DNA of 64,000 nt from Eledone cirrhosa (Eukaryota). A model generated the notes under the pieces. It was not told the DNA's origin, did not search any database, and was given only the letters and a program-made list of their open reading frames with translations. Numbering within the stretch: position 1 is the stretch's first letter; every line of letters starts with the position of its first letter. Location of the stretch: contig OZ024751.1 in the NCBI GenBank assembly GCA_964016885.1, forward strand, positions 52,824,001 to 52,888,000, written 5' to 3'. A program made the position numbers and the translations under genes. Shown in pieces: positions 27,060 through 43,000 of the stretch.

Positions 27060-27335
27060 TTGATGTTATTGTTGTTATTTTAACCACCACCACCACCATC
27101 TTTGTTTCATATTGTGTTGGTGATGGTGGTAGTGCCGGTGTTGGTGGTGATTTTGTTGTTGTTGGTGGTGGTATTGTCGTTGATGGTGGTCATGTTGGTG
27201 ATGGTGTTGGTGGTGGTGATGATGGCATTGTTGTTGTTGGTGGTGGTGATGATGGCATTGTTGTTGTTGGTGTTCGTATTGTTGTTGGTAGTAGTGATGG
27301 TGGTGGTGGTGATGGTAGTGATGGTGGTTGGGGTA
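27060..27335. repeat. (GGT/GTT/GAT)n degenerate trinucleotide tract
   Basis: Direct reading. Confidence 0.8.
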
Positions 27336-27844
27336 TGTTACTCATATTATTAGAAATCTTAATTTCTTTGAGTTATTTGTTGTCCTTGTTTGATTTAAAT
27401 TTCAAGAATTTGTTGTAGGTTTTTGTTGTGTATGTGAATGTGTGTATGTATATATGTATGTGTGTGTGTGTTTGGGGTGTTTTGTTTTAGTTTTTATCGT
27501 CTTTATTACATGTTATGTCATACACCTTTTTTCTCTTCTTTTTCCCCAAACACACACACACCCACACATAAAAACATACATACATACACACACACATAAA
27601 AACATACATACATACACATAAAAACATACACACACACACAAAAACATACAAAAACATACATACATACACTCACACACACATAAAAACATACATACATAAA
27701 ATACAAGTGTCAGAAATGTGTGTAGGAGAGATAGAGAAATAATATGATATACAAGTGAAACAATAACTTTGGTGCTTTAAAACCAGATCCTAAAACTATT
27801 GTATTACTGTCATACTTACTGAAAAACTAGCCTCTCTCTCACTG

Positions 27845-28070
27845 TTGTTATTATTGTTACATTGTCACATTGGCAGTCTAGTTGTTGTTGTTATTGTCAC
27901 ATTGCCTGGCTATATGTCTGTCTGTTATTGTCACATTGCCTGCCTGTCTGTTATTGGCACATTGCCTGGCTGTCTGTCTGTTGTCACATTGGCTATCTGT
28001 CTGTCTGTTATTGTCACATTGGCTATCTGTCTGTTATTGTCACATTGTCTGTCTGTCTATCTGTTGTTAT
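27845..28070. repeat. TGTCACATTG-(TGTC)n minisatellite
   Basis: About 7 copies of TG(T/G)CACATTG separated by variable TGTC runs. Confidence 0.8.
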
Positions 28071-28880
28071 CTCATTGACTTTCTGTCTTCTGAACCATTT
28101 CTTCCCTGTATGGCACTGTTTTCTTCAGTCTTCAGTCCCACTAATTCTGCTGTCTTTTACACAACCTTCTTTCAACCTTCTTTCACTCTCCTACCCTTTT
28201 GCCAATATCCAGTTACTTCAGACAGGAGGGTGGAGAGGGTAGGGGGTTAGATTTCCTTTAACACAGAGCTAGGAATTTTTGAAAAAATATGAATCTGGGG
28301 GTCCACTTTGTGTTTTTCACCAATCCATTCCAACACTCCTTTAGTTAGTCTTTACTTATTATTATGCTGTTGTTGTTGTTCTTGTCAATCTTATTATTAT
28401 TGGCTTATCTGCTTTGTAGCACTCTCTTCTTTGTATTTTAATGTTCCATGCTGCCAACTTAACATATTTGATTATGTGATGACGATGATGTGGAGCAGAG
28501 TAATGTTGTTGGTGTGAATAGTTAAGGTCTGTAATAAATAACAGGTTCTTATATTGCTGTGATGCTATGGAGTTTTGTTAGAAATATAATGGGCTGTAGA
28601 CTTAATCTGTTGCCTAGTTTATGACCACCACCACCTGTCCCTTGGGTACTTTTAGTAGAGTCCACTCTGTTGTAAGCATTCAAACCAAGTCTCCATCTCA
28701 GGAAATCTTTCTCTCCTCTTCTCTCATCAATCTCAGAAGCCCTGAAAAGGGTCAAGGGTCCAACCCCCCCTCCCCATATTACAAGAGATAAACTGTTTGT
28801 TTATCTCTTGTAAAAGTGATAGATAAAATAAGCACTAGCCTTTAAAAAAGTACTGAGGTTGATATCATCATCAACAGACC

Positions 28881-28927
28881 TTGAAGGCAGTGCTCCAGCA
28901 TGGTCACCGTCACATGGTTGAAGGGAG

Positions 28928-28971
<44 letters not shown>

Positions 28972-29047
28972 TATATATCAATCATATTTTTCTTAATTTA
29001 CTCGCTTCAACCATGTGACGGTGACCATGCCGGAGCACTGCCTTCAA
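28881..29047. repeat. 52-bp inverted repeat around a (TA)n spacer
   Basis: TTGAAGGCAGTGCTCCAGCATGGTCACCGTCACATGGTTGAAGGGAGTAAAT (28881-28932) and its reverse complement at 28996-29047, two mismatches. Confidence 0.9.
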
Positions 29048-29048
29048 A

Positions 29049-29105
<57 letters not shown>

Positions 29106-29232
29106 GAGATAGAATTTTGGAATGTCTAAGAAGCAACATCAGATGCGATCAGTTGCTAATAACTAAATAAACTGTAGAATGGTAGGGAACAAGGCTTGTA
29201 GTTATTATATTCTCTGACTAAATGTATGTATA

Positions 29233-32200
29233 ATGGTAGCATCAACTACACCAACAATTACAACAGCAACAACTACACCAACAATTACAACAGCAACAAC
29301 TACATCAACAACTACAACAGCAACAACTACATCAACAACTACACCAACAATTACAACAGCAACAACTACACCAACAATTACAACAGCAACAACTACACCA
29401 ACAATTACAACAGCAACAACTACACCAACAATTACAACAGCAACAACTACACCAACAATTACAACAGCAACAACTACACCAACAACTACACCAACAATTA
29501 CAACAGCAACAACTACATCAACAACTACATCAACAATTACAACAGCAACAACTACACCAACAATTACAACAGCAACAACTACACCAACAATTACAACAGC
29601 AACAACTACACCAACAATTACAACAGCAACAACTACACCAACAATTACAACAGCAACAACTACACCAACAATTACAACAGCAACAACTACACCAACAATT
29701 ACAACAGCAACAACTACACCAACAATTACAACAGCAACAACTACACCAACAATTACAACAGCAACAACTACACCAACAATTACAACAGCAACAACTACAC
29801 CAACAATTACAACAGCAACAACTACACCAACAATTACAACAGCAACAACTACACCAACAACTACACCAACAATTACAACAGCAACAACTACATCAACAAC
29901 TACATCAACAATTACAACAGCAACAACTACACCAACAATTACAACAGCAACAACTACACCAACAATTACAACAGCAACAACTACACCAACAATTACAACA
30001 GCAACAACTACACCAACAATTACAACAGCAACAACTACACCAACAATTACAACAGCAACAACTACACCAACAACTACACCAACAATTACAACAGCAACAA
30101 CTACATCAACAACTACATCAACAATTACAACAGCAACAACTACACCAACAATTACAACAGCAACAACTACACCAACGATTACAACAGCAACAACTACACC
30201 AACAATTACAACAGCAACAACTACATCAACAACTACATCAACAATTACAACAGCAACAACTACACCAACAATTACAACAGCAACAACTACATCAACAACT
30301 ACATCAACAATTACAACAGCAACAACTACACCAACAATTACAACAGCAACAACTACATCAACAACTACACCAACGATTACAACAGCAACAACTACACCAA
30401 CAATTACAACAGCAACAACTACATCAACAACTACATCAACAATTACAACAGCAACAACTACATCAACAACTACACCAACAATTACAACAGCAACAACTAC
30501 ATCAACAACTACATCAACAATTACAACAGCAACAACTACATCAACAATTACAATTTCTACAACTACACCAATAATTACAACATCAACAACTACACCAATA
30601 ATTACAACAGCAACAACTACACCAACAACTACAACAGCAACAACTACATCAACAATTACAACAGCAACAACTACACCAACAATTACAACAGCAACAACTA
30701 CATCAACAATTACAACATCAACAACTACATCAACAATTACAACATCAACAACTACATCAACAATTACAACAGCAACAACTACACCCACAATTACAACAGC
30801 AACAACTACATCAACAATTACAACAGCAACAACTACACCAACAATTACAACATCAACAACTACACCAACAATTACAACAGCAACAACTACACCAACAATT
30901 ACAACAGCAACAACTACATCAACAATTACAATTTCTACAACTACACCAATAATTACAACAGCAACAACTACATCAACAATTACAACATCAACAACTACAC
31001 CAATAATTACAACAGCAACAACTACATCAACAATTACAACATCAACAACTACATCAACAATTACAACATCAACAACTACACCAATAATTACAACAGCAAC
31101 AACTACATCAACAATTACAACATCAACAACTACACCAATAATTACAACAGCAACAACTACATCAACAATTACAACATCAACAACTACATCAACAATTACA
31201 ACATCAACAACTACACCAACAATTACAACAGCAACAACTACATCAACAATTACAACAGCAACAACTACACCAACAATTACAACAGCAACAACTACACCAA
31301 CAATTACAACAGCAACAACTACATCAACAATTACAATTTCTACAACTACACCAATAATTACAACATCAACAACTACACCAATAATTACAACAGCAACAAC
31401 TACATCAACAATTACAACATCAACAACTACACCAATAATTACAACAGCAACAACTACATCAACAATTACAACATCAACAACTACATCAACAATTACAACA
31501 TCAACAACTACACCAACAATTACAACATCAACAACTACATCAACAATTACAACAGCAACAACTACACCAACAATTACAACAGCAACAACTACACCAACAA
31601 TTACAACAGCAACAACTACACCAACGATTACAACAGCAACAACTACACCAACAATTACAACAGCAACAACTACACCAACAACTACACCAACAATTACAAC
31701 AGCAACAACTACATCAACAACTACATCAACAATTACAACAGCAACAACTACACCAACAATTACAACAGCAACAACTACACCAACGATTACAACAGCAACA
31801 ACTACACCAACAATTACAACAGCAACAACTACATCAACAACTACATCAACAATTACAACAGCAACAACTACACCAACAATTACAACAGCAACAACTACAT
31901 CAACAACTACACCAACGATTACAACAGCAACAACTACACCAACAATTACAACAGCAACAACTACATCAACAACTACATCAACAATTACAATAGCAACAAC
32001 TACACCAACAATTACAACAGCAACAACTACACCAACAATTACAACAGCAACAACTACATCAACAACTACACCAACGATTACAACAGCAACAACTACACCA
32101 ACAATTACAACAGCAACAACTACATCAACAACTACATCAACAATTACGACAGCAACAACTACACCAACATTTACAACAGCAACAACTACATCAACAATTA

Positions 32201-34035
32201 CAAGAGCAACAACTACACCAACAATTACAACAGCAACAACTACACCAACAATTACGACAGCAACAACTACACCAACAATTACAACAGCAACAACTACATC
32301 AACAATTACAAGAGCAACAACTACACCAACAATTACAACAGCAACAACTACATCAACAACTACACCAACAATTACGACAGCAACAACTACATCAACAATT
32401 ACGACAGCAACAACTACACCAACAATTACAACAGCAACAACTACATCAACAATTACAACAGCAACAACTACACCAACAATTACAACAGCAACAACTACAT
32501 CAACAACTACATCAACAATTACAACAGCAACAACTACACCAACAATTACAACAGCAACATCTACACCAACAATTACAACACCAACAACTACACCAACAAT
32601 TACAACAGCAACAACTACACCAACAATTACAACAGCAACAACTACACCAACAATTACAACAGCAACAACTACACCAACAATTACAACAGCAACAACTACA
32701 CCAACAATTACAACAGCAACAACTACAGCAACAACTACACCAACAATTACAACAGCAACAACTACACCAACAATTACAACAGCAACAACTACACCAACAA
32801 TTACAACAGCAACAATTACATCAACAGCTACACCAACAATTACAACAGCAACAACTACAGCAAGAACTACACCAACAATTACAACAACAACAACTACACC
32901 AACAATTACAACAGCAACAACTACACCAACAATTACAACATCAACAATTACATCAACAACTACACCAACAATTACAACACCAACAATTACAACAGCACCA
33001 ACTACATCAACAACTACACCAACAATTACAACAGCAACAACTACATCAACAACTACACCAACGATTACAAAAGCAACAACTACCCCAACAATTACAACAG
33101 CAACAACTACATCAAAAATTACAACATCAACAACTACATCAACAATTACAACAACAACAACTACAGCAACAATTACAACAGCAACAACTACAGCAACAAC
33201 TACAGCAACAATTACAACAGCAACAACTACACCAGCAATTACAACAGCAACAACTACAGCAACAACTACACCAACAATTACAACAGCAACAACTACACCA
33301 ACAATTACAACAGTAACAACTACATCAACAACTACACCAACAATTACAACAGCAACAACTACACCAACAATTACAACAGCAACAACTACATCAACAATTA
33401 CACCAACAATTACAACAGCAACAACTACATCAACAATTACAACAGAAACAACTACATCAACAACTACACCAATGATTACAACAGCAACAACTACACCAAC
33501 AATTACAACAGCAACAACTACATCAACAATTACAACAGCAACAACTACATCAACAATTACAACAGCAACAACTACACCAACAATTACAACAGCAACAACT
33601 ACATCAACAACTACACCAACAATTACAACAGCAACAACTACATCAACAATTACAACAGCAACAATTACACCAACAATTACAACAGGAACAACTACATCAA
33701 CAATTACAACAGCAACAACTACATCAACAATTACAACAGCAACAACTACACCAACAATTACAACAGCAACAACTACACCAACAATTACAACAGCAACAAC
33801 TACATCAACAATTACAACAGCAACAACTACACCAACAATTACAACAGCAACAACTTCACCAACAATTACAACAGCAACAACTACATCAATAATTACAACA
33901 GCAACAACTACACCAACAATTACAACAGCAACAACTACACCAACAATTACAACAGCAACAACTACATCAACAATTACAACAGCAACAACTACACCAACAA
34001 TTACAACATCAACAACTACATCAACAATTACATGA
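29233..34035 (+). CDS. Possible mucin-like PTS ORF (PTITTATTT repeats, 1600 aa); coding status unproven
   Basis: ATG directly precedes the array and is in the Thr frame, but there is no signal peptide or globular domain, and the ORF ends at a TCA>TGA variant inside the array. Confidence 0.2.
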   Translation: MVASTTPTITTATTTPTITTATTTSTTTTATTTSTTTPTITTATTTPTITTATTTPTITTATTTPTITTATTTPTITTATTTPTTTPTITTATTTSTTTSTITTATTTPTITTATTTPTITTATTTPTITTATTTPTITTATTTPTITTATTTPTITTATTTPTITTATTTPTITTATTTPTITTATTTPTITTATTTPTITTATTTPTTTPTITTATTTSTTTSTITTATTTPTITTATTTPTITTATTTPTITTATTTPTITTATTTPTITTATTTPTTTPTITTATTTSTTTSTITTATTTPTITTATTTPTITTATTTPTITTATTTSTTTSTITTATTTPTITTATTTSTTTSTITTATTTPTITTATTTSTTTPTITTATTTPTITTATTTSTTTSTITTATTTSTTTPTITTATTTSTTTSTITTATTTSTITISTTTPIITTSTTTPIITTATTTPTTTTATTTSTITTATTTPTITTATTTSTITTSTTTSTITTSTTTSTITTATTTPTITTATTTSTITTATTTPTITTSTTTPTITTATTTPTITTATTTSTITISTTTPIITTATTTSTITTSTTTPIITTATTTSTITTSTTTSTITTSTTTPIITTATTTSTITTSTTTPIITTATTTSTITTSTTTSTITTSTTTPTITTATTTSTITTATTTPTITTATTTPTITTATTTSTITISTTTPIITTSTTTPIITTATTTSTITTSTTTPIITTATTTSTITTSTTTSTITTSTTTPTITTSTTTSTITTATTTPTITTATTTPTITTATTTPTITTATTTPTITTATTTPTTTPTITTATTTSTTTSTITTATTTPTITTATTTPTITTATTTPTITTATTTSTTTSTITTATTTPTITTATTTSTTTPTITTATTTPTITTATTTSTTTSTITIATTTPTITTATTTPTITTATTTSTTTPTITTATTTPTITTATTTSTTTSTITTATTTPTFTTATTTSTITRATTTPTITTATTTPTITTATTTPTITTATTTSTITRATTTPTITTATTTSTTTPTITTATTTSTITTATTTPTITTATTTSTITTATTTPTITTATTTSTTTSTITTATTTPTITTATSTPTITTPTTTPTITTATTTPTITTATTTPTITTATTTPTITTATTTPTITTATTTATTTPTITTATTTPTITTATTTPTITTATITSTATPTITTATTTARTTPTITTTTTTPTITTATTTPTITTSTITSTTTPTITTPTITTAPTTSTTTPTITTATTTSTTTPTITKATTTPTITTATTTSKITTSTTTSTITTTTTTATITTATTTATTTATITTATTTPAITTATTTATTTPTITTATTTPTITTVTTTSTTTPTITTATTTPTITTATTTSTITPTITTATTTSTITTETTTSTTTPMITTATTTPTITTATTTSTITTATTTSTITTATTTPTITTATTTSTTTPTITTATTTSTITTATITPTITTGTTTSTITTATTTSTITTATTTPTITTATTTPTITTATTTSTITTATTTPTITTATTSPTITTATTTSIITTATTTPTITTATTTPTITTATTTSTITTATTTPTITTSTTTSTIT

Positions 34036-37000
34036 ACAACAACTACACCAACAATTACAACAGCAACAACTACATCAACAATTACAACAGCAACAACTAC
34101 ACCAACAATTACAACAGCAACAACTACATCAACAATTACAACAGCAACAACTACACCAACAATTACAACAGCAACAACTACATCAACAATTACAACAGCA
34201 ACAACTACACCAACAATTACAACAGCAACAACTACACCAACAATTACAACAGCAACAACTACATCAACAATTACAACAGCAACAACTACATCAACAATTA
34301 CAACATCAACAACTACACCAACAATTACAACAGCTACAACTACACCAACAAATACAACAGCAACAACTACACCAACAATTTCAACAGCAACAACTACATC
34401 AACAATTACAACAGCAACAACTACATCAACAATTACAACAGCAACAACTATACCAACAATTACAACAGCAACAACTACACCAACAATTACAACAGCAACA
34501 ACTACATCAACAATTACAACAGCAACAACTACACCAACAATTACAACAGCAACAACTACACCAACAATTACAACGGCAACAACTACATCAACAACTACAC
34601 CAACAATTACAACAGCAACAACTACACCAACAATTACAACAGCAACAACTACACCAACAATTACAACAGCAACAACTACATCAACAACTACACCAACAAT
34701 TACAACAGCAACAACTACACCAACAATTTCAACAACAACAACTACATCAACAAATACACCAACAATTACGACAGCAACAACTACACCAACAATTACAACA
34801 GCAACAACTACACCAACAATTACAACAGCAACAACTACACCAACAGTTACAACAGCAACAACTACATCAACAATTACAACATCAACAACTACACGAACAA
34901 TTACAACAGCAACAACTACAACAATTACAACAGCAACAACTACACCAACAATTACAACAGCAACAACTACATCAACAATTACAACAGCAACAACTACATC
35001 CACAATTACAACAGCAACAACTACATCAACAATTACAACAGCAACAACTACACCAACAATTACAACAGCAACAACTACATCAACAACTACACCAACAATT
35101 ACAACAGCAACAACTACATCAACAATTACAACAGCAACAATTACACCAACAATTACAACAGGAACAACTACATCAACAATTACAACAGCAACAACTACAT
35201 CAACAATTACAACAGCAACAACTACATCAACAATTACAACAGCAACAACTACACCAACAATTAAAACAGCAACAACTACACCAACAATTACAACAGCAAC
35301 AACTACATCAACAATTACAACAGCAACAACTACACCAACAATTACAACAGCAACAACTTCACCAACAATTACAACAGCAACAACTACATCAATAATTACA
35401 ACAGCAACAACTACACCAACAATTACAACAGCAACAACTACACCAACAATTACAACAGCAACAACTACATCAACAATTACAACAGCAACAACTACACCAA
35501 CAATTACAACATCAACAACTACATCAACAATTACATGAACAACAACTACACCAACAATTACAACAGCAACAACTACATCAACAATTACAACAGCAACAAC
35601 TACACCAACAATTACAACAGCAACAACTACATCAACAATTACAACAGCAACAACTACACCAACAATTACAACAGCAACAACTACATCAACAATTACAACA
35701 GCAACAACTACACCAACAATTACAACAGCAACAACTACACCAACAATTACAACAGCAACAACTACATCAACAATTACAACAGCAACAACTACATCAACAA
35801 TTACAACATCAACAACTACACCAACAATTACAACAGCTACAACTACACCAACAAATACAACAGCAACAACTACACCAACAATTTCAACAGCAACAACTAC
35901 ATCAACAATTACAACAGCAACAACTACATCAACAATTACAACAGCAACAACTATACCAACAATTACAACAGCAACAACTACACCAACAACTACACCAACA
36001 ATTACAACAGCAACAACTACATCAACAATTACAACAGCAACAACTACACCAACAATTACAACAGCAACAACTACACCAACAATTACAACGGCAACAACTA
36101 CATCAACAACTACACCAACAATTACAACAGCAACAACTACACCAACAATTACAACAGCAACAACTACACCAACAATTACAACAGCAACAACTACATCAAC
36201 AACTACACCAACAATTACAACACCAACAACTACACCAACAATTACAACAGCAACAACTACACCAACAATTTCAACAACAACAACTACATCAACAAATACA
36301 CCAACAATTACGACAGCAACAACTACACCAACAATTACAACAGCAACAACTACACCAACAATTACAACAGCAACAACTACACCAACAGTTACAACAGCAA
36401 CAACTACATCAACAATTACAACATCAACAACTACACGAACAATTACAACAGCAACAACTACAACAATTACAACAGCAACAACTACACCAACAATTACAAC
36501 AGCAACAACTACATCAACAATTACAACATCAACAACTACACCAACGATTACAACAGCAACAACTACACCAACAATTACAACATCAACAACTACACCAACA
36601 ATTACAACAGCAACAACTACACCAACAATTACAACAGCAACAACTACACCAACAATTACAACAGCAACAACTACACCAACAATTACAACAGCAACAACTA
36701 CACCAACAATTACAACATCAACAACTACACCAACAATTACAACAGCAACAACTACACCAACAATTACAACAGCAACAACTACACCAACAATTACAACAGC
36801 AACAACTACACCAACAATTACAACAGCAACAACTACATCAACAACTACATCAACAATTACAACAGCAACAACTACACCAACAATTACAACAGCAACAACT
36901 ACACCAACGATTACAACAGCAACAACTACACCAACAATTACAACAGCAACAACTACATCAACAACTACATCAACAATTACAACAGCAACAACTACACCAA

Positions 37001-40000
37001 CAATTACAACAGCAACAACTACATCAACAACTACACCAACGATTACAACAGCAACAACTACACCAACAATTACAACAGCAACAACTACATCAACAACTAC
37101 ATCAACAATTACAACAGCAACAACTACACCAACAATTACAACAGCAACAACTACATCAACAATTACAACAGCAACAACTACACCAACAATTACGACAGCA
37201 ACAACTACACCAACAATTACAACAGCAACAACTACATCAACAATTACAAGAGCAACAACTACACCAACAATTACAACAGCAACAACTACATCAACAACTA
37301 CACCAACAATTACGACAGCAACAACTACACCAACAATTACGACAGCAACAACTACATCAACAATTACGACAGCAACAACTACACCAACAATTACAACAGC
37401 AACAACTACATCAACAATTACAACAGCAACAACTACACCAACAATTACAACAGCAACAACTACATCAACAATTACAACAGCAACAACTACACCAACAATT
37501 ACAACAGCAACATCTACACCAACAATTACAACAGCAACAACTACACCAACAATTACAACAGCAACAACTACACCAACAATTACAACAGCAACAACTACAC
37601 CAACAATTACAACAGCAACAACTACACCAACAATTACAACAGCAACAACTACACCAACAATTACAACAGCAACAACTACAGCAAGAACTACACCAACAAT
37701 TACAACAGCAACAACTACACCAACAATTACAATAGCAACAACTACACCAACAATTACAACAGCAACAATTACATCAACAGCTACACCAACAATTACAACA
37801 GCAACAACTACAGCAAGAACTACACCAACAATTACAACAACAACAACTACACCAAAAATTACAACAGCAACAACTACACCAACAATTACAACATCAACAA
37901 TTACATCAACAACTACACCAACAATTACAACACCAACAATTACAACAGCACCAACTACATCAACAACTACACCAACAATTACAACAGCAACAACTACATC
38001 AACAACTACACCAACGATTACAAAAGCAACAACTACCCCAACAATTACAACAGCAACAACTACATCAACAATTACAACATCAACAACTACATCAACAATT
38101 ACAACAACAACTACAGCAACAATTACAACAGCAACAACTACAGCAACAACTACACCAACAATTACAACAGCAACAACTACACCAGCAATTACAACAGCAA
38201 CAACTACAGCAACAACTACACCAACAATTACAACAGCAACAACTACACCAACAATTACAACAGCAACAACTACATCAACAACTACACCAACAATTACAAC
38301 AGCAACAACTACGCCAACAATTACAACAGCAACAACTACATCAACAATTACACCAACAATTACAACAGCAACAACTACATCAACAATTACAACAGAAACA
38401 ACTACATCAACAACTACACCAATGATTACAACAGCAACAACTACAGCAACAACTACATCAACAATTACAACAGCAACAACTACATCAACAATTACAACAG
38501 CAACAACTACACCAACAATTACAACAGCAACAACTACATCAACAACTACACCAACAATTACAACAGCAACAACTACATCAACAATTACAACAGCAACAAT
38601 TACACCAACAATTACAACAGGAACAACTACATCAACAATTACAACAGCAACAACTACATCAACAACTACATCAACAATTACAACAGCAACAACTACACCA
38701 ACAATTACAACAGCAACAACTACACCAACAATTACAACAGCAACAACTACATCAACAATTACAACAGCAACAACTACACCAACAATTACAACAGCAACAA
38801 CTTCACCAACAATTACAACAGCAACAACTACATCAATAATTACAACAACAACAACTACACCAACAATTACAACAGCAACAACTACACCAACAATTACAAC
38901 AGCAACAACTACATCAACAATTACAACAGCAACAACTACACCAACAATTACAACATCAACAACTACATCAAAAATTACATGAACAACAATTACACCAACA
39001 ATTACAACAGCAACAACTACATCAACAATTACAACAGCAACAACTACACCAACAATTACAACAGCAACAACTACATCAACAATTACAACAGCAACAACTA
39101 CACCAACAATTACAACAGCAACAACTACATCAACAATTACAACAGCAACAACTACACCAACAATTACAACAACCAACAACTACACCAACAATTACAACGG
39201 CAACAACTACATCAACAATTACAACAGCAACAACTACATCAACAATTACAACATCAACAACTACACCAACAATTACAACATCAACAACTACACCAACAAT
39301 TACAACAGCTACAACTACACCAACAATTTCAACAGCAACAACTACACCAACAATTTCAACAGCAACAACTACATCAACAATTACAACATCAACAACTACA
39401 CCAACAATTACAACATCAACAACTACACCAACAAATACAACAGCAACAACTACACCAACAATTTCAACAGCAACAACTACATCAACAATTACAACATCAA
39501 CAACTACACCAACAATTACAACATCAACAACTACACCAACAATTACAACAGCTACAACTACACCAACAATTACAACGGCAACAACTACATCAACAATTAC
39601 AACAGCAACAACTACATCAACAATTACAACATCAACAACTACACCAACAATTACAACAGCAACAACTACATCAACAACAACTACATCAACAATTACAACA
39701 GCAACAACTGCATCAACAATTACAACAGCAACAACTACACCAACAATTACAACAGCAACAACTGCATCAACAATTACAACAGCAACAACTACACCAACAA
39801 CTACACCAACAATTACAACAGCAACAACTACACCAACAATTACAACAGCAACAACTACATCAACAATTACAACAGCAACAACTACAACAACAATTACAAC
39901 AGCAACAACTACATCAACAATTACAACAGGAACAACTACATCAACAACTACACCAACAATTACAACAGCAACAACTACATCAACAACTACACCAACAATT

Positions 40001-43000
40001 ACAACAGCAACAACTACACCAACAATAACAACAGCAACAACTACATCAACAACTACACCAACAATTACAAGAGCAACAACTACATCAACAATTACAACAG
40101 CAACAACTACATCAACAACTACACCAACAATTACAACAGCAACAACTACATCAACAACTACACCAACAATTACACCAACAATTACAACAGCAACAACTAC
40201 ACCAACAATTACAACAGCAACAACTACATCAACAACTACACCAACAATTACAAGAGCAACAACTACACCAACAATTACAACAGCAACAACTACACCAACA
40301 ATTACAACCGCAACAACTACACCAACAATTACAACAGCAACAACTACACCAACAATTACAACAGCAACAACTACACCAACAATTACAACAGCAACAACTA
40401 CACCAGCAATTACAACAGCAACAACTACAGCAACAACTACACCAACAATTACAACAGCAACAACTACACCAACAATTACAAAAGCAACAACTACATCAAC
40501 AACTACACCAACAATTACAACAGCAACAACTACACCAACAATTACAACAGCAACAACTACATCAACAACTACACCAACAATTACAACAGCAACAACTACA
40601 TCAACAATTACACCAACAATTACAACAGCAACAACTACACCAACGATTACAACAGCAGCAACTACACCAACAATTACAACAGCAACAACTACATCAACAA
40701 TTACAACATCAACAACTACATCAACAATTACAACAGCAACAACTACACCAACAATTACAACATCAACAACTACATCAACAATTACATCAACAACGACTAC
40801 ACCAACAATTACAACAGCAACAACTACATCAACAATTACAACATCAACAACTACATCAACAATTACAACAGCAACAACTACACCAACAATTACAACATCA
40901 ACAACTACATCAACAATTACATCAACAACGACTACACCAACAATTACAACAGCAACAACTACATCAACAACTACATCAAGAATTACAACAGCAATAACTA
41001 CACCAACAATTACAACAGCAACAACTACACCAACAATTACAATAGCAACAACTACATCAACAATTACAACAGGAACAACTACATCAACAATTACCACAGC
41101 AACAACTACACCAACAATTACAACAGCAACAACTACATCAACAACTACATCAACAATTACAACAGGAACAACTACGTGAATAATTACAACAACAACAACT
41201 ACATCAAAAACTACATCAACAATTACAACATCAACAACTACATCAACAATTACAACAGCAACAACTACATCAACAATTACAACAGCAACAACTACATCAA
41301 CAACTACACCAACAATTACAACAGCAACAACTACATCAACAACTACACCAACAATTACAACAGCAACAACTACATCAACAATTACAACAGAAACAACTAA
41401 ATCAACAACTACACCAACGATTACAACAGCAACAACTACACCAACAATTACAACAGCAACAACTACATCAACAACTACATCAACAATTACAACGGCAACA
41501 ACTACACCAACAATTACAACAGCAACAACTACATCAAGAACAACACCAACAATTACAACGGCAACAACTACATCAACAACTACATCAACAATTACAACAG
41601 CAACAACTACACCAACAATTACAACAGCAACAACTACACCAACAACTACACCAACAATTACAACAGCAACAACTACATCAACAACTACACCAACGATTAC
41701 AACATCAACAACTACACCAACGATTACAACAGCAACAACTACACCAACAATTACAACAGCAACAACTACACCAACAATTACAACAGCAACAACTACATCA
41801 ACAACTACATCAACAATTACAACGGCAACAACTACACCAACAATTACAACAGCAACAACTACATCAAGAACAACACCAACAATTACAACACCAACAATTA
41901 CAACAGCAACAACTACATCAACAACTACACCAACAATTACAACAGCAACAACTACATCAACAATTACGACAGCAACAACTACACCAACAATTACAACAGC
42001 AACAACTACATCAACAATTACAACAGCAACAACTACACCAACAATTACAACAGCAACAACTACATCAACAACTACATCAACAATTACAACAGCAACAACT
42101 ACACCAACAATTACAACAGCAACATCTACACCAACAATTACAACACCAACAACTACACCAACAATTACAACAGCAACAACTACACCAACAATTACAATAG
42201 CAACAACTACACCAACAATTACAACATCAACAACTACACCAACAATTACAACAGCAACAACTACACCAACAATTACAACAACAACAACTACATCAACAAC
42301 TACACCAACAATTACAACAGCAACAACTACACCAACAATTACAACATCAACAACTACATCAACAATTACATGAACAACAACTACACCAACAATTACAACA
42401 GCAACAACTACATCAACAATTACAACAGCAACAACTACACCAACAATTACAACAGCAACAACTACATCAACAATTACAACAGCAACAACTACACCAACAA
42501 TTACAACAGCAACAACTACATCAACAATTACAACAGCAACAACTACACCAACAATTACAACAGCAACAACTACACCAACAATTACAACAGCAACAACTAC
42601 ATCAACAATTACAACAGCAACAACTACATCAACAATTACAACATCAACAACTACACCAACAATTACAACAGCTACAACTACACCAACAAATACAACAGCA
42701 ACAACTACACCAACAATTTCAACAGCAACAACTACATCAACAATTACAACAGCAACAACTACATCAACAATTACAACAGCAACAACTATACCAACAATTA
42801 CAACAGCAACAACTACACCAACAATTACAACAGCAACAACTACATCAACAATTACAACAGCAACAACTACACCAACAATTACAACAGCAACAACTACACC
42901 AACAATTACAACGGCAACAACTACATCAACAACTACACCAACAATTACAACAGCAACAACTACACCAACAATTACAACAGCAACAACTACACCAACAATT

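Noticed and set aside
27050-27418. Gly/Val-rich ORFs as membrane or structural proteins
   Set aside because: Degenerate trinucleotide tract open in several frames; the same applies to 17259-17516
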